A stretch of 64,000 nucleotides of DNA from Amphiscolops sp. MND2022 (Eukaryota): NCBI GenBank assembly GCA_964187785.1, contig OZ076413.1, positions 50,470,001-50,534,000 on the forward strand, written 5' to 3'. The stretch's first letter is position 1. Each line of letters begins with the position of its first letter. Position numbers and translations under genes: made by a program. This document shows, piece by piece, positions 11,401 through 20,994 of the stretch. Under the pieces are notes generated by a model. That model did no database searches, was not told the DNA's origin, and saw only the letters and a program-made list of their open reading frames with translations.

Positions 11401-13704
11401 ATCGGCTTTGATGACTGAGTCCAGATATTCACGCATGAAGCTCGAAAAGGCTGATAGGGCTCTGCTTAGTCCTTGTGCCAGACGACGATAGGCGAACGTC
11501 CTACTAGCAAAATTAAAAGCAAGTAACTCTACTGACCTTTGGTCTGCCATTTGAAGGCAGTGATACGCCTGGGAGCAGTCAAGTTTGCAGAAAAGTTTTT
11601 TCCCTGCTAGGTGTTGTGCCGCATCTGAGAGGGTGCTGACAGGGTGGTTGTTGTTGATGTAGTCATCTGCTATGAGTGCGTTGATTTTGCGCAGATCCAC
11701 CAGTAGTCTCAGTTTGCCGTTGGGTTTCCGTTGTGCAAATATAGGACTGGCGTACTTGGAGAAGGGGAGTGTTGTGATGATGCCGTATTTATGCATGAGG
11801 GCCAGCTCTACTGTCAGGTCTTCTTTGAGATTGATTGGGACTGGTAGGCTCTGGGTGTATACTGGTTTATCATCTTTTGGTGTGAGGCTGACTTTGAATT
11901 GTGTGTTCATTCCGATGTCGAGACGGTGGCGGGCAAATATGTCGTTAAATTCGACTAATGTGCTTTCAAGGCTTTCACGGTCTTTGCCCGTGATTAGTGA
12001 GTCGGTCCATTTGAATAACGAAAGAAATTTGCGTCGAGATTCGGCGTTTTCGGTTGGATCTAGTTTTTCTAGTTCGGCAAGTTCTCGTAGTTCTTTCAAA
12101 ATTCGTTTTTGTATGGCGGTGTGTTCTTGTTCATTGCCAGGGTTGTCTGGGGTTGGGAACCAGAATTTTTCTTCAATGTCTTCGGGTTTGTCGACTTGCA
12201 TAAGTGCGTTGATGTATGTGACTACATCGTCGTGCTCTGTTAGGAGGTTGAGTGCAGCGATGTCTACAGGCCGTATCAGTTTCGTTTCTTCGGGTTTCAG
12301 GATTTGCAGTTCTGCCATTTTGGTATTAGTGGCTATTGTGTATGGAAAATCCGTAGTGTTGGCGATTTTAATTGGTATCTTTTTGTCTCTGGCTGTGGTA
12401 ATCGCTGGAGCTACTATTACCTTCGCGCATTCATCGAATTGTGGTAGGGGTTGTATAGTGCCCGTTATTGGGTGTTCAATACTCACAGGGATTGTTGCGT
12501 AGATGACTCGGGTAGAGTGCGCTGGGATTGTATGTTTGGCTTCGGTCTTTATCGTGATGGGTTTGGGATTGCACTTTTGTCTTTCGTCTGTGAGCGCCAT
12601 CGTGATTTGGATCTTGGGAAAGTTAATGGTTCCCTGTGCCGTGTCAAGGATTGCGGCATGCTTTCGTAGAAACGCTAATCCAATTATGGGGAATGACGTT
12701 TGATTCATGATGATGAATGTTTCTTCAAAAGTGTAATCCCCTATTTTGAAGCGTAGAGTGTACGTGGCGAGTGGTTGTTCTAGTTCGGCATTGGCGTATT
12801 GCACTTTGAAAGGGGGTGGAGGTGCTTTGTTAACAATGCATTGACTCGCATTTTGGTGGAGCTTTTCAGCATCCCTTTCGCTAATAGCATTAATGTACGC
12901 ACCTGAGTCGACTAAGGCTTCGATTTTGACAGTGTTGAATTCGATTGGTAAGAAGAGCATTCTCTTTTTCTTCTTGAGGGCAATTGCAGACATTAACGGG
13001 ATGTAGTCGTCTTCCTTGTCGTGCTGGATGAATTCTTCGATGACATCTAGATCTTCTGGTAGTGTTGGGTGACATTCTGTTATTTCTTCGTCTTCAGCGG
13101 CTATTGCTGTGGCTGGCGCGGTTTGTGGTGATGACGAGGGCGAAGCGGTGTTTTCTCGCTGTTCTCTTGCTTGTCGTGACCATATTGATTTGTCTTCAAT
13201 GCATATGATGTTTTCGGCATCGATCGGTGTGGACGTGATGGTGACGGGTGCTGTTGGGGACGGTGTTGTTCTTTTCAGGATTGGTGACGGCGGTGATGGT
13301 AGGTTTGTGATCTTCGTAGCTTGAGCTTGAGGGTTTGAGACTTGGATTTTGAAGGATAGTTTATTTGTATCATAGATGGTTGGTTCATCCCAAGGGTCAC
13401 ATCTGTAGTCTCTGTCATATATATAAATTCGGTCTGTTTTTGATTCCGGCAACGGTCTTTTGAGTGTCGCATAGTTATCGGGCGATTCTGTTATCCACTG
13501 GGGTAGTGGCGTTGGATCTTCTGGGTGTCTGGCGTTATGCCTGAGTATCATGCCTACGTTCCAACGGCGTTGCCAGTCTTGAGTTGGTTCTTCATTACAT
13601 TCGGTTAAAAAATCTTCTTCATACCTGTTTGGGGGGTCCTCTATCGTGTACGCCCTCGCGTCTACTTTTTCCCCAAATCGTAGGCGCGGCGATTTTAGTT
13701 TTTT
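8407..13704 (-). CDS. pol: Pol polyprotein of element 1 (protease, dUTPase-like insert, RT, RNase H, integrase), reached by -1 frameshift
   Basis: ORF 8407-13551 stays open upstream to the slippery site; motifs ALVDSGA, YVDD, LMTDAS, HHCC zinc finger, D-D-E and WTGPY. Confidence 0.96.
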   Translation of the reverse strand, partial: KKLKSPRLRFGEKVDARAYTIEDPPNRYEEDFLTECNEEPTQDWQRRWNVGMILRHNARHPEDPTPLPQWITESPDNYATLKRPLPESKTDRIYIYDRDYRCDPWDEPTIYDTNKLSFKIQVSNPQAQATKITNLPSPPSPILKRTTPSPTAPVTITSTPIDAENIICIEDKSIWSRQAREQRENTASPSSSPQTAPATAIAAEDEEITECHPTLPEDLDVIEEFIQHDKEDDYIPLMSAIALKKKKRMLFLPIEFNTVKIEALVDSGAYINAISERDAEKLHQNASQCIVNKAPPPPFKVQYANAELEQPLATYTLRFKIGDYTFEETFIIMNQTSFPIIGLAFLRKHAAILDTAQGTINFPKIQITMALTDERQKCNPKPITIKTEAKHTIPAHSTRVIYATIPVSIEHPITGTIQPLPQFDECAKVIVAPAITTARDKKIPIKIANTTDFPYTIATNTKMAELQILKPEETKLIRPVDIAALNLLTEHDDVVTYINALMQVDKPEDIEEKFWFPTPDNPGNEQEHTAIQKRILKELRELAELEKLDPTENAESRRKFLSLFKWTDSLITGKDRESLESTLVEFNDIFARHRLDIGMNTQFKVSLTPKDDKPVYTQSLPVPINLKEDLTVELALMHKYGIITTLPFSKYASPIFAQRKPNGKLRLLVDLRKINALIADDYINNNHPVSTLSDAAQHLAGKKLFCKLDCSQAYHCLQMADQRSVELLAFNFASRTFAYRRLAQGLSRALSAFSSFMREYLDSVIKADQCAQYVDDIGIAANTTEQLIKNIRAVFKCIRKAGLKLTIEKCHFGVTQIEFLGRTITPDGVSPQDQKVKNFLSKVRFPKSKKQVQKYIGFVNYYRNYIPRLSEKLIGMYELLKADSKIRISEELVDNFKEINASLAEACGLALRQPIAGKQYVLMTDASFRASGYALMIEENDERKILSKRKTFAPVAFGSRVFSPAQLKMSIYCKEFLAIYHAFLEYSHKLWEATIPTLVLTDNRSVTRFFQTKTTPPALWNACDYVLQFKFRIMHVAGSQNTAADFLSRLELTPKEKVQLKLRDDILTSPIEVNLQSSDVADEEQLFFLPDDEDESEQEIFARKALSKRRALDEHERELSTKKTEVIKIPLNSAVYSFGAIKENARIRNEQDADPLLKALKQRISHEEYDKHLLKTEPRERNLLRHEERIIMKDGVLMRKYYGEDGSVTHNQIIIPKHLVPELLATLHGKTNKHPGITKMIQECRAKYYFPGLARKIRAWVTSCQDCIANKRIDTRQIRPKMLSNTEFTMGPEDCLEVDILPNLPSSNGYQHIITMMDVFSRYLFAYPTQDMTARTVARCIIDVMTRHCYLPSVILTDKGSQFRSEVVNHIAQTLDIRISHASTKHAQTIGILERTHASLKTSLKISTGERRSMWHKYVQIAVMNYNTSYHESLGCEPTTVFHGRIPYNILDIKLGLKPKWEKDSNDELTDQLQKQIAEIHQAAKENLMQSYLKYKQYYDKKATATPLKVNDYCYVLNPKADNQSMKFAFKDCIWTGPYIVVKVLSNNNYVVRRTGTRYTQTLHRIRLRLYAPNQRVPDVTVRREDYLPDPEVKTTHNDWYAQAWETEFGEVLFGNNTENAAEEATVTEITDTTGRDETTTENDVVKTTTNESTVENDVVKTTTDEATTESDVAQTATNENTAEDKALSDNIMSFDLGVTDNPYILTPPPIHSPPKTPELPPIVVGYNPRKVGRYNLRPNPRPNVDPDFRMLNSTTTDDLRQTQN
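8660..8790 (-). repeat. 42-bp (14-aa) coding tandem repeat, three copies, in the integrase tail
   Basis: TTENDVVKTTTNES / TVENDVVKTTTDEA / TTESDVAQTATNEN. Confidence 0.8.
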
Positions 13705-15104
13705 GGCTGAGAGGACGTGGTAGGTACAGGTTGTTCACTGATTTTGTTGGTTGGGATGGTGAATTCTCGTTTCTTCTTCCTGGGGTCATTTACTGCGTTG
13801 GCTCCGTTCCAACAATTCTCAGTTTTGTGCATCTTGCCACATGTATCACACTTGGGTTTGGGTACTTCGTTTTGGGCTGGGTCTTTTGTGTTTGTTTTGG
13901 CGGTATTGTAACGCTCTCGTTGAAGTTTGCGACACTGTGCCTTGTAGTGGCCATATTTGCCACAGTGGAAACAATGGCCTCGTTGTTGTTGGTCTTTTTT
14001 ATGGTCCGTCACTACAGCGTCCACTGTGTTGAGTGGGACTAGGATTGTTTCATCGGGCGCACCTAGTCCGTTTAATCTCATTTCCCTCTCAAGATGTAAA
14101 ACTATGTCGTTGTAGGGTTTATCTTCCAAATAAGCTCTGTTGAGGATCTTTTTGACGTGATCCGGCATTTTGGCGTAGATTGCTTTATCAATGAATTTTT
14201 GTGCTTCTGATCCGAATGCTTCCTTTGCAGTTTTTTGCAGGGTGTCAAGAAACTCATGGAAATTCTGTTTGATGGGGTCAAAATGCAGGGCGTCCCACTC
14301 ACATCTCGCTTTAGCGGATGATTGGAAATCACCAAAGCGGCGTTTAAATGCTGTTATGACTTCTTCTAGGTTGTCTTTTTTGGTGTCATCTAGATTACAA
14401 TACGCTTGTAGTGCGTTTCCTCGTAGGAGTGAATGGAAGTAGTTGATCTTTTGTATCTCGGTTAGGTGAGGATACATTTTGATATTGTTTCGGAATAGGT
14501 CCTCAAAAAGTTCAAACTTTTCGGACTTACCATCGAAAACTGGGAGCGAAGCAGTGAGTGCTTTCGGCATCGGAAGTAGATTGGTTGATGGGAATGTCTG
14601 TGGTTGTGGTGCGAACAGTATCTTTGACGTGGATGGTCGGTCTTTTGGTTGTTCGCTGAGTATACGTTGTGCTTTTGGTCGTTTGGTGGGTTGGTTAGTG
14701 GAGTCATTGAGGACTCCTGTCACCATGTTACGACTATTAACCGGTGTTGTTTTAGAACTAGTCGCAGTTTGTGTCTTGACTGGGGTGGACGTTCTCGTTA
14801 CGGAGATGTTTTCTTGGTCAGAATCAGAATCTTGTACGTTCGAACTAACTGAGCGTTTCTTGTTCGCAGGTGCTATTAATTTAAGCATTTCCTTTTGATT
14901 TTCGGCTAATATCTTTGTTAGATCAGTCATTATCTCTTTTCTCAGAGTTGTTTTTATTTCCTCCAGGTTTTCAAGCTCAAGTCTAGGGTTTTTACTAGAA
15001 CTAGGTATCAGGTTTTCAGTAGAGTTATTTTCAGTTAAGGAAGCTTCGAAATCCCCTGACACTAATTCAGCTACTGCTTTCCTCTTCTGGCTTCTAGTAG
15101 TCAT
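13695..15104 (-). CDS. gag: Gag of element 1 (469 aa), starting inside the 5' LTR
   Basis: Capsid-like region (LPVFDG...) and two CCHC knuckles (CFHCGKYGHYKAQC, CDTCGKMHKTENC). Confidence 0.93.
   Translation of the reverse strand: MTTRSQKRKAVAELVSGDFEASLTENNSTENLIPSSSKNPRLELENLEEIKTTLRKEIMTDLTKILAENQKEMLKLIAPANKKRSVSSNVQDSDSDQENISVTRTSTPVKTQTATSSKTTPVNSRNMVTGVLNDSTNQPTKRPKAQRILSEQPKDRPSTSKILFAPQPQTFPSTNLLPMPKALTASLPVFDGKSEKFELFEDLFRNNIKMYPHLTEIQKINYFHSLLRGNALQAYCNLDDTKKDNLEEVITAFKRRFGDFQSSAKARCEWDALHFDPIKQNFHEFLDTLQKTAKEAFGSEAQKFIDKAIYAKMPDHVKKILNRAYLEDKPYNDIVLHLEREMRLNGLGAPDETILVPLNTVDAVVTDHKKDQQQRGHCFHCGKYGHYKAQCRKLQRERYNTAKTNTKDPAQNEVPKPKCDTCGKMHKTENCWNGANAVNDPRKKKREFTIPTNKISEQPVPTTSSQPKN
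13698..13704 (-). promoter_or_regulatory. -1 ribosomal frameshift heptamer A-AAA-AAC (element 1)
   Basis: CCA AAA AAC TAA ends gag; the -1 frame is open into pol; the same heptamer occurs in element 2 at 33873-33879. Confidence 0.85.
14713..14725 (-). promoter_or_regulatory. Primer-binding site TGGTGACAGGAGT (probably tRNA-Leu)
   Basis: Abuts the 5' LTR, starts with TGG and is identical in element 2 (35064-35076); tRNA identity inferred from resemblance to Leu tRNA 3' ends. Confidence 0.8.
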
Positions 15105-16985
15105 TTTTTAATGTTAGAAAATGATTCTTCGGCAATAGATGAATTCTTCGAAGATGATTTTGTTCAACGTTGAAACAACGAAACAGTTTAAGTTTATTAC
15201 AACTTGCAAACACAACTAACTAACTTTACATGCCTCGTCTAAGTATATATACCTTCTTAGCGTCATTTGTTCCTCATCTAAAAATTCCTAGGAATCTCAA
15301 AAATCGGGTTTGTTCAACAAAAAGCGCTAATGATTCATATCATTTCAGTCCCGCGTCGTAAAATCAGGCATCAAAATTCCTAGTTGCGTCAGTGTTCCGT
15401 AAAATTTGTTGAAATCATTTTTGTTCAGGCAATCCCATTTCCTGTTTAAGTCTCAAAATTGCGGTAAAATAAAAGTCTATCTTGCATTTTCATCAGCGTA
15501 AGCACGCCGGCATGAACAATTAGTCAACTTTCAATTTGGGAGATTGAGATTCGAAGCAAAAGAATGACTCGCAAAAATTGTAACGAAATTGAAACGAGGC
15601 AAAAGGAATTTTGGACTAAGGATATTTGAATATTATTGAGGAACAAGCAACGCTAAGGAAAACATAATGATGATTAATCGGTTAATTTTGTAAACTGAAC
15701 AACTGCACCAACAGAAAATCCAACTTTGACCTATACGTGGCCATAACGTAACAAGTACGAATTGCAAAGTACAAATAGATAGGAAAAAATTGCATTTGCA
15801 GGCAATAATTATTCTGCACTCGATTGGGCTTCGTATATGAATAAATAGGGCAGGCATCCTGCAACAATAGCACTTGGTTTGGGTTTCGACGTTGACCTTA
15901 CGTTACGTTCTGTGAAACATTTTTAATGATAAACAACTAACCACTGAATACATAAACTCTTATTGTAACGTAAGGTATACGTGATTTGAGAAACTGTTGT
16001 AATAGCATCGTTACTCTTCGATCATAGTTTTAGCCCCTTCTTACAGTACAACCTTTTACATGTGGACTTGTTTTCAAAACCCTTTAAGTGCGTCGATTCA
16101 GAAAAATCCTTATTTGATTTCGGTTTAAACTAATGCTTCATCGCTATTATTTTACGAATTGTTCCGTACGTATTAAGATTGGTTATAGCTGAGCGGCGGA
16201 ATACAATTTTACAATCCGCTCCGTAGCTGCCCCGTACGTATTAAGATTGCTCATAGCTTAGCTATCGGACCAAGCGGAGAGAAAGCGGAGTGCGTAGGTG
16301 AATTCATTCTCTCTCTCTTATTCCAATTGGTGTTGCTAGGGGCAACCGAAATTGCTTCTATTCAACTTAGCTAAGAATAGTTCTATCAATAGAGTGACGT
16401 TATTGGTCCGTAGAAGCAAAATTCCTAATATTAACTCAGTAGATTGACGTTGCCATAGCGTTGTAAATATTTGCCTAAATCACTTGGCTGTGCTTTAAGT
16501 GAATTTTGACAACCACTTCATCTCTGGAAAACAATTCCGCTCTATTATTCGTCTGTTCTTTTTCATTTTAGATTGTATGAATTCCGTTGGGATCTCGGAA
16601 TTGAATTTTATTTTAATGTTTTTATTTTAGTGTGGACCAGTGGAAAGAATGATCCCAATTATAAATGTTCATTTTAGTGTTTAGATTAGTATGGCAGAGA
16701 ATCAGAAAATCATACCGGAAATGAAAAATCTTATCACGCGCGGAGAATATTTAACCGGAAGTTTTAGCTAAAAATCATTTCTGAAAAACGTTCCGTAACG
16801 TTTACGTTAGGTTTTGTATTCGGAAAATTATCTGCAACCGATTTAGCTGTACTGTAAGTAGAATTTAGATTAGTTTAAAATTAGGTTAGTTTAATAGAGT
16901 TTACCTCGGCCTTGTCCTCGGCCAATTTCGAAACCAGGTATCCCACTGCAGCAACTATAATCCCGACCGGGAGCGGGTCGTGACA
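14726..16985 (-). repeat. 5' LTR of element 1 (2260 bp)
   Basis: Direct repeat of 773-3027, adjacent to the PBS. Confidence 0.96.
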
Positions 16986-18288
16986 CCGAGACACAAGCCC
17001 TCAGTTTCATTACACGTCAAAGGAAAAGTACGAAACCTGCCTAACACTCGATTTCGTGTCCCCTTCTCTTCAATCGCCGCTTTTTAGAACACCGTTCTGA
17101 AATTGGTGCTGAAATACATTAACCTAGCTCTCTGACGTAAAGAAAAATACTTCATATCAAAGAAGTAAATCACCAAAATACTTTGTATAAATAAAAAATT
17201 ATTACTCTAATGAAACTTCGGTAAATTGGTTAATTTGAAGTTTCACTACGTCAGAAGATCGATTCAAGATCTCAAATAAATGTTAGGGTATGACTAAAAG
17301 TCCTAATATCAAGTACCTACTCGATTTACATTTGCTAATTTAGTATATTTCAGCACAAAACTCCACTATGTGAGGTAGTCTGCCTAGGATGACGTATCAG
17401 GTAATCAAATTCGATCAAGTTGCCGGGAATGGCGACTCAGGCAATTAAACTCCACTCTTCATATTAAACAAGACGCCCGCTACGCACTGGTATATTTTCC
17501 GCTAAAAATGTAACGCATCAGCATGGGTTCGAACCTTGCAGACGCACTACCAACTGAGCCAAAGTAACTGAATTAGGGACTAACTGAAGTGGAAGGAGAT
17601 TGTGGCGATTTGGCAGAATTGGTAAAAAAACGCAACACAAATTGTGATTTTCCTCCCCCATTGACAACTAAATTTGTGGGGCGGAAAACAACAACAGTAA
17701 ATTAGTGAATGCGGTTGCATTTGCATTACCATCTCATTCATGACAGTTAGCACCTTTTCAACAATCAATTCTATTTAGCTTTTCATGCACGATAACAATC
17801 AAGTATTTAGTATAAGAGAGATAGTTTTCAGCCAACGAGTGGGTTGATAAGGCTGTTGACAGAAATCTCGGTGATTATTCAAATGCCTGGTAGCTGCGCT
17901 TTTTAAGTGGCATAATATGCGCTGGCCTCTGATTGGTTGAGTCGTTGGCCAACCGACTGAGATTATGCCGAAAAGCCGTCTTTTACACTATCTTTCAGTC
18001 AATACTCGAGGCGCAGTTCACGGTGAGTAGTTTTCAGTCCACACTCCAGGCAAGTCACTAGCATCTCAAGTGTGTACCATGTCTTTTCTGTTTGTTTTTT
18101 TTTTAAATAATTCACGGTGAAAAATGGAAAGAAATGGCAAGAAAATGGAAAAGTTCGGACGGAGGAATAACCAAGGGTGAACAAAGAAACGCAAACCGAG
18201 GAACAAAAAATAGAGTTAGAACATTAAAGGAGTTGCAATGTTTATACATATTTACGTAATTATTTTGCATATTCTATTAGTAAGTGAC

Positions 18289-18862
18289 TTTCTCTAACGA
18301 ATAGGATGTTAAGGAAATAAGATCTAAAAAATTGCATCCCCGTCCTGGCAAAGGCTAGGAAATCTAAAATTTTAAAACGGGAATAAGATCTAAAGGAAAT
18401 AAGATCTAAAATCAATGCATTTTAGATCTTATTCCCCTTCTCTAAAGAATAGTATGTTAAGGAAATAAGACCTAAAAAATTGCATCCCCGTCCTGGCAAA
18501 GGCTAGGGAATCTAAAATTTCAAAACGGGAATAAGATCTAAAAAAATTGCATCACCGTCCTGGCAAAGGCTACGAAACCTAAAATTTCAGATAAAGGTAC
18601 GAAATCAGATCTGAAAAAAATTTGAACGAATTTTTGGTCGAAATAATCAAAAATGAGAAACGCAAATTTTGTAAGAATTTTTGTATGAAGTACGCAAATT
18701 TTGCAAAATTTTTGCAAGAATCTTGCAAGAAATATAGTGCTATGTACCAATCTTGCAAAAATTGCGATTCTCTTACAAACTTGTAAGATTCTTGTAAGAA
18801 ATGCAAAGTTGGCAAGAATTTCGAAAGAATTTTGCAAGATTTGTGATTCTTGTAACCTAGGG
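18289..18862. repeat. Degenerate tandem repeats (AATAAGATCTAAAAAATTGCATCCCCGTCCTGGCAAAGGCTA x3, then TCTTGCAAGA-type units), probably from a non-autonomous DNA element
   Basis: Repeat units visible directly; similar TCTTG(C)CAAGA units recur at 61040-61230 and 61930-62040. Confidence 0.65.
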
Positions 18863-19344
18863 AAGACAATTTAATCGTTCGAGACTCTGTCACTATATTT
18901 TGGCTTTGTGTTCGAGTAAATATGGTGAGTATCTTTTTAGGCTTTTCTTTGGAATAATAAGAGGGTAGAACAAAAACAAAAAAAACTAGCGGCTATAGTT
19001 TTATTTGAAACGACTGCTAACGCAGAGACAATTGGGATGAAAAAACCCAACTCTCATAGAATACTTGTGTTTTTGATCTGGCGTTGTCTTAACTGTCTCA
19101 TTCAGAAAGTGAGTTTCAAAGATTTGCTTCGCTTGCAGAGCTGCAGCGTTAGGTATAGCTCAGCAACAACTCAATGGAATAGGATAATTGTTTTCTCTGA
19201 AGTATTGTAAATCAGTCAGACAATATTAGATGGGATTTGTTATACATACATAATTTTCGATGTGTTGAACAAGATCAATAACCCTTAAAAAATCGCGGTA
19301 TGATCTAACAGTTCACCCCTTAGATTTTAAAATACAGCACTTAC

Positions 19345-19540
19345 CAAAACCATAGGTTGACCTGAGCCAATCACATCTCGATGCCTCCTCGGGAGACTGA
19401 GGAATCAGATTGGGTGAGATATTATACCACGGGATGGCACTGATTTCTTGAAAAGAGTCCATCGCAATTCCAATGGTGTGTCTCAAAAATGTTACTGATG
19501 ATCTTGGGTAAAATTTAGGCCGAACTGGATAAGATTCCCA
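19345..19540 (-). other. Candidate host exon of unknown product (WESYPVRPKFYPRSS...RCDWLRSTYGF)
   Basis: 196-nt open frame bounded by a CAG acceptor and a G|GTAAGT donor. Confidence 0.4.
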
Positions 19541-19629
19541 CTGAGTATGATTTGATAAATTTTTGCTGTTTTGCTACTCGAGGGCAAAGAAAACAAAAAA
19601 GAAACTAAAATTGCAAAAAGTATAATTAG

Positions 19630-19701
19630 CGTTAGCAATGTGCAGAACATTGTTTTGATTGGTTAGAACCAATCAAATCAATGTTCTGCACATTGCTAAC
19701 G
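19630..19701. repeat. 35-bp-arm inverted repeat (hairpin)
   Basis: CGTTAGCAATGTGCAGAACATTGTTTTGATTGGTT-AG-AACCAATCAAATCAATGTTCTGCACATTGCTAACG, one mismatch. Confidence 0.9.
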
Positions 19702-20994
19702 TCATCGCTGATCGTCAATTTTTGTTTTCCTTTCATTATACATCTAATGAAGTACATAATTAAGGCGCCAAGTTGTCTTAGTTGAAACAAATTTTCATCA
19801 TTAATTTGTGCTCTTTCAACGGATTCTTCAGGCTAATCTGGGTAGTTTTTCCCTTTCATTCGGGAGACAATTAATGAACTCGTTGCTGCAACCTTGAGAA
19901 AAACCATCACATCTTTTTCTAGTTACTGCGCACATTTTGCTTCTCTATCTAGTTGGTTTATAGCAGATCGAAGATGATGGGAAAACTAGCGTGCAAGTTT
20001 CTGACTTTGCAAATCTTTTTGTGGATTTTTGAAAAAACCTAATTTGATAGAGAACGCGGTAAACGAAGGTAACGAACGAAACACATTAGGCGCATTTGGA
20101 GGACGGTGTTACTTCTTGGAGTGGAAAATAGTGACATGAAAGATGTAGGTTGTACCATGCGACCAATTTTTTTTAACATGGCGAATGGGGTGGCTTTCAC
20201 AGACGAGTGGACAGTAACGAATTTGGTTTTAAATCAGAGGTTGTTTTATTGTTAAGCTGTTCAATTTTTCTGGGCACTTTGTTTAACTTCTTACGTTTTT
20301 CGTGGGATCTTGCACAGTGACAGCTTCCAGATTCTGCATTCAATTATCAATCTACATTGAAAACAATTTCAAGACATTTCTTTTTTAGCTGAATTTTTCA
20401 CACATTATAACTAAATTTAAAGGTTGACATGTAACGTCCAGCAGAAATTGCACGAAAAAACGTTCAACAAGACCAAAATGTACGAGTCAAGATGGCCGAC
20501 CTGGCTGGTCTTTTAAATCATAAAAGATCAGAAAAAAGTAAAAAGACACCTCCCAACCCCTCACCCCAACTCGGAACGTGAATGACAGTCATCCCATCAT
20601 AAAGAAAACCAGAAAACCCGGAATTGTGCCATCTGTCAGTGTATTTTCAAGGTTTCTCCAGAAGAAATCCCCGAAACCCAGATATCACCTCTTTGTGGAT
20701 GATGAAGAAAATTCCGAAACCAGCGTGAACGAACTAGAAGAGCTACTTTCGATCTAGTGGTTTTGATGTTCATTTGCAGGTCTATGGTGATGCTGGATCT
20801 GGTAGATCCTTATATTAGCATTTATAGACGTTTTTCATCTAATAGAAGGTGCTTTAGCTAAACCCCTGTTTTTGGACCTCGGGAGTATGTAGAACACGCA
20901 GGAAGTTTTAGGAACGTTTTTACGTGCTTGTGGGACGTGTCCGGACCTTGAGTGTGTCGCCACGTCGCCACGGAGCTCTCTTTTGAGGAGTCTC

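Larger units (their letters stand above)
773..16985 (-). mobile_element. Full-length Ty3/Gypsy LTR retrotransposon (element 1) with accessory genes
   Basis: Near-identical direct repeats 773-3027 and 14726-16985 with TGT...ACA termini; 5-bp TSD CCGAG (768-772, 16986-16990); gag and PR-RT-RH-IN pol on the minus strand. Confidence 0.97.
7..17637. mobile_element. Possible older LTR (about 1.4 kb) split by element 1
   Basis: Inverted termini TGTTGCG (7-13) and CGCAACA (17631-17637); no matching TSD seen. Confidence 0.3.

Noticed and set aside
11672..12502. 276-aa Ser-rich plus-strand ORF and similar antisense ORFs over pol or gag
   Set aside because: Shadow frames of the coding strand, broken up in the homologous element 2 region
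18289..18620. Regularly spaced direct repeats considered as CRISPR-like
   Set aside because: The spacers are themselves repeated, there are no cas genes and the context is eukaryotic
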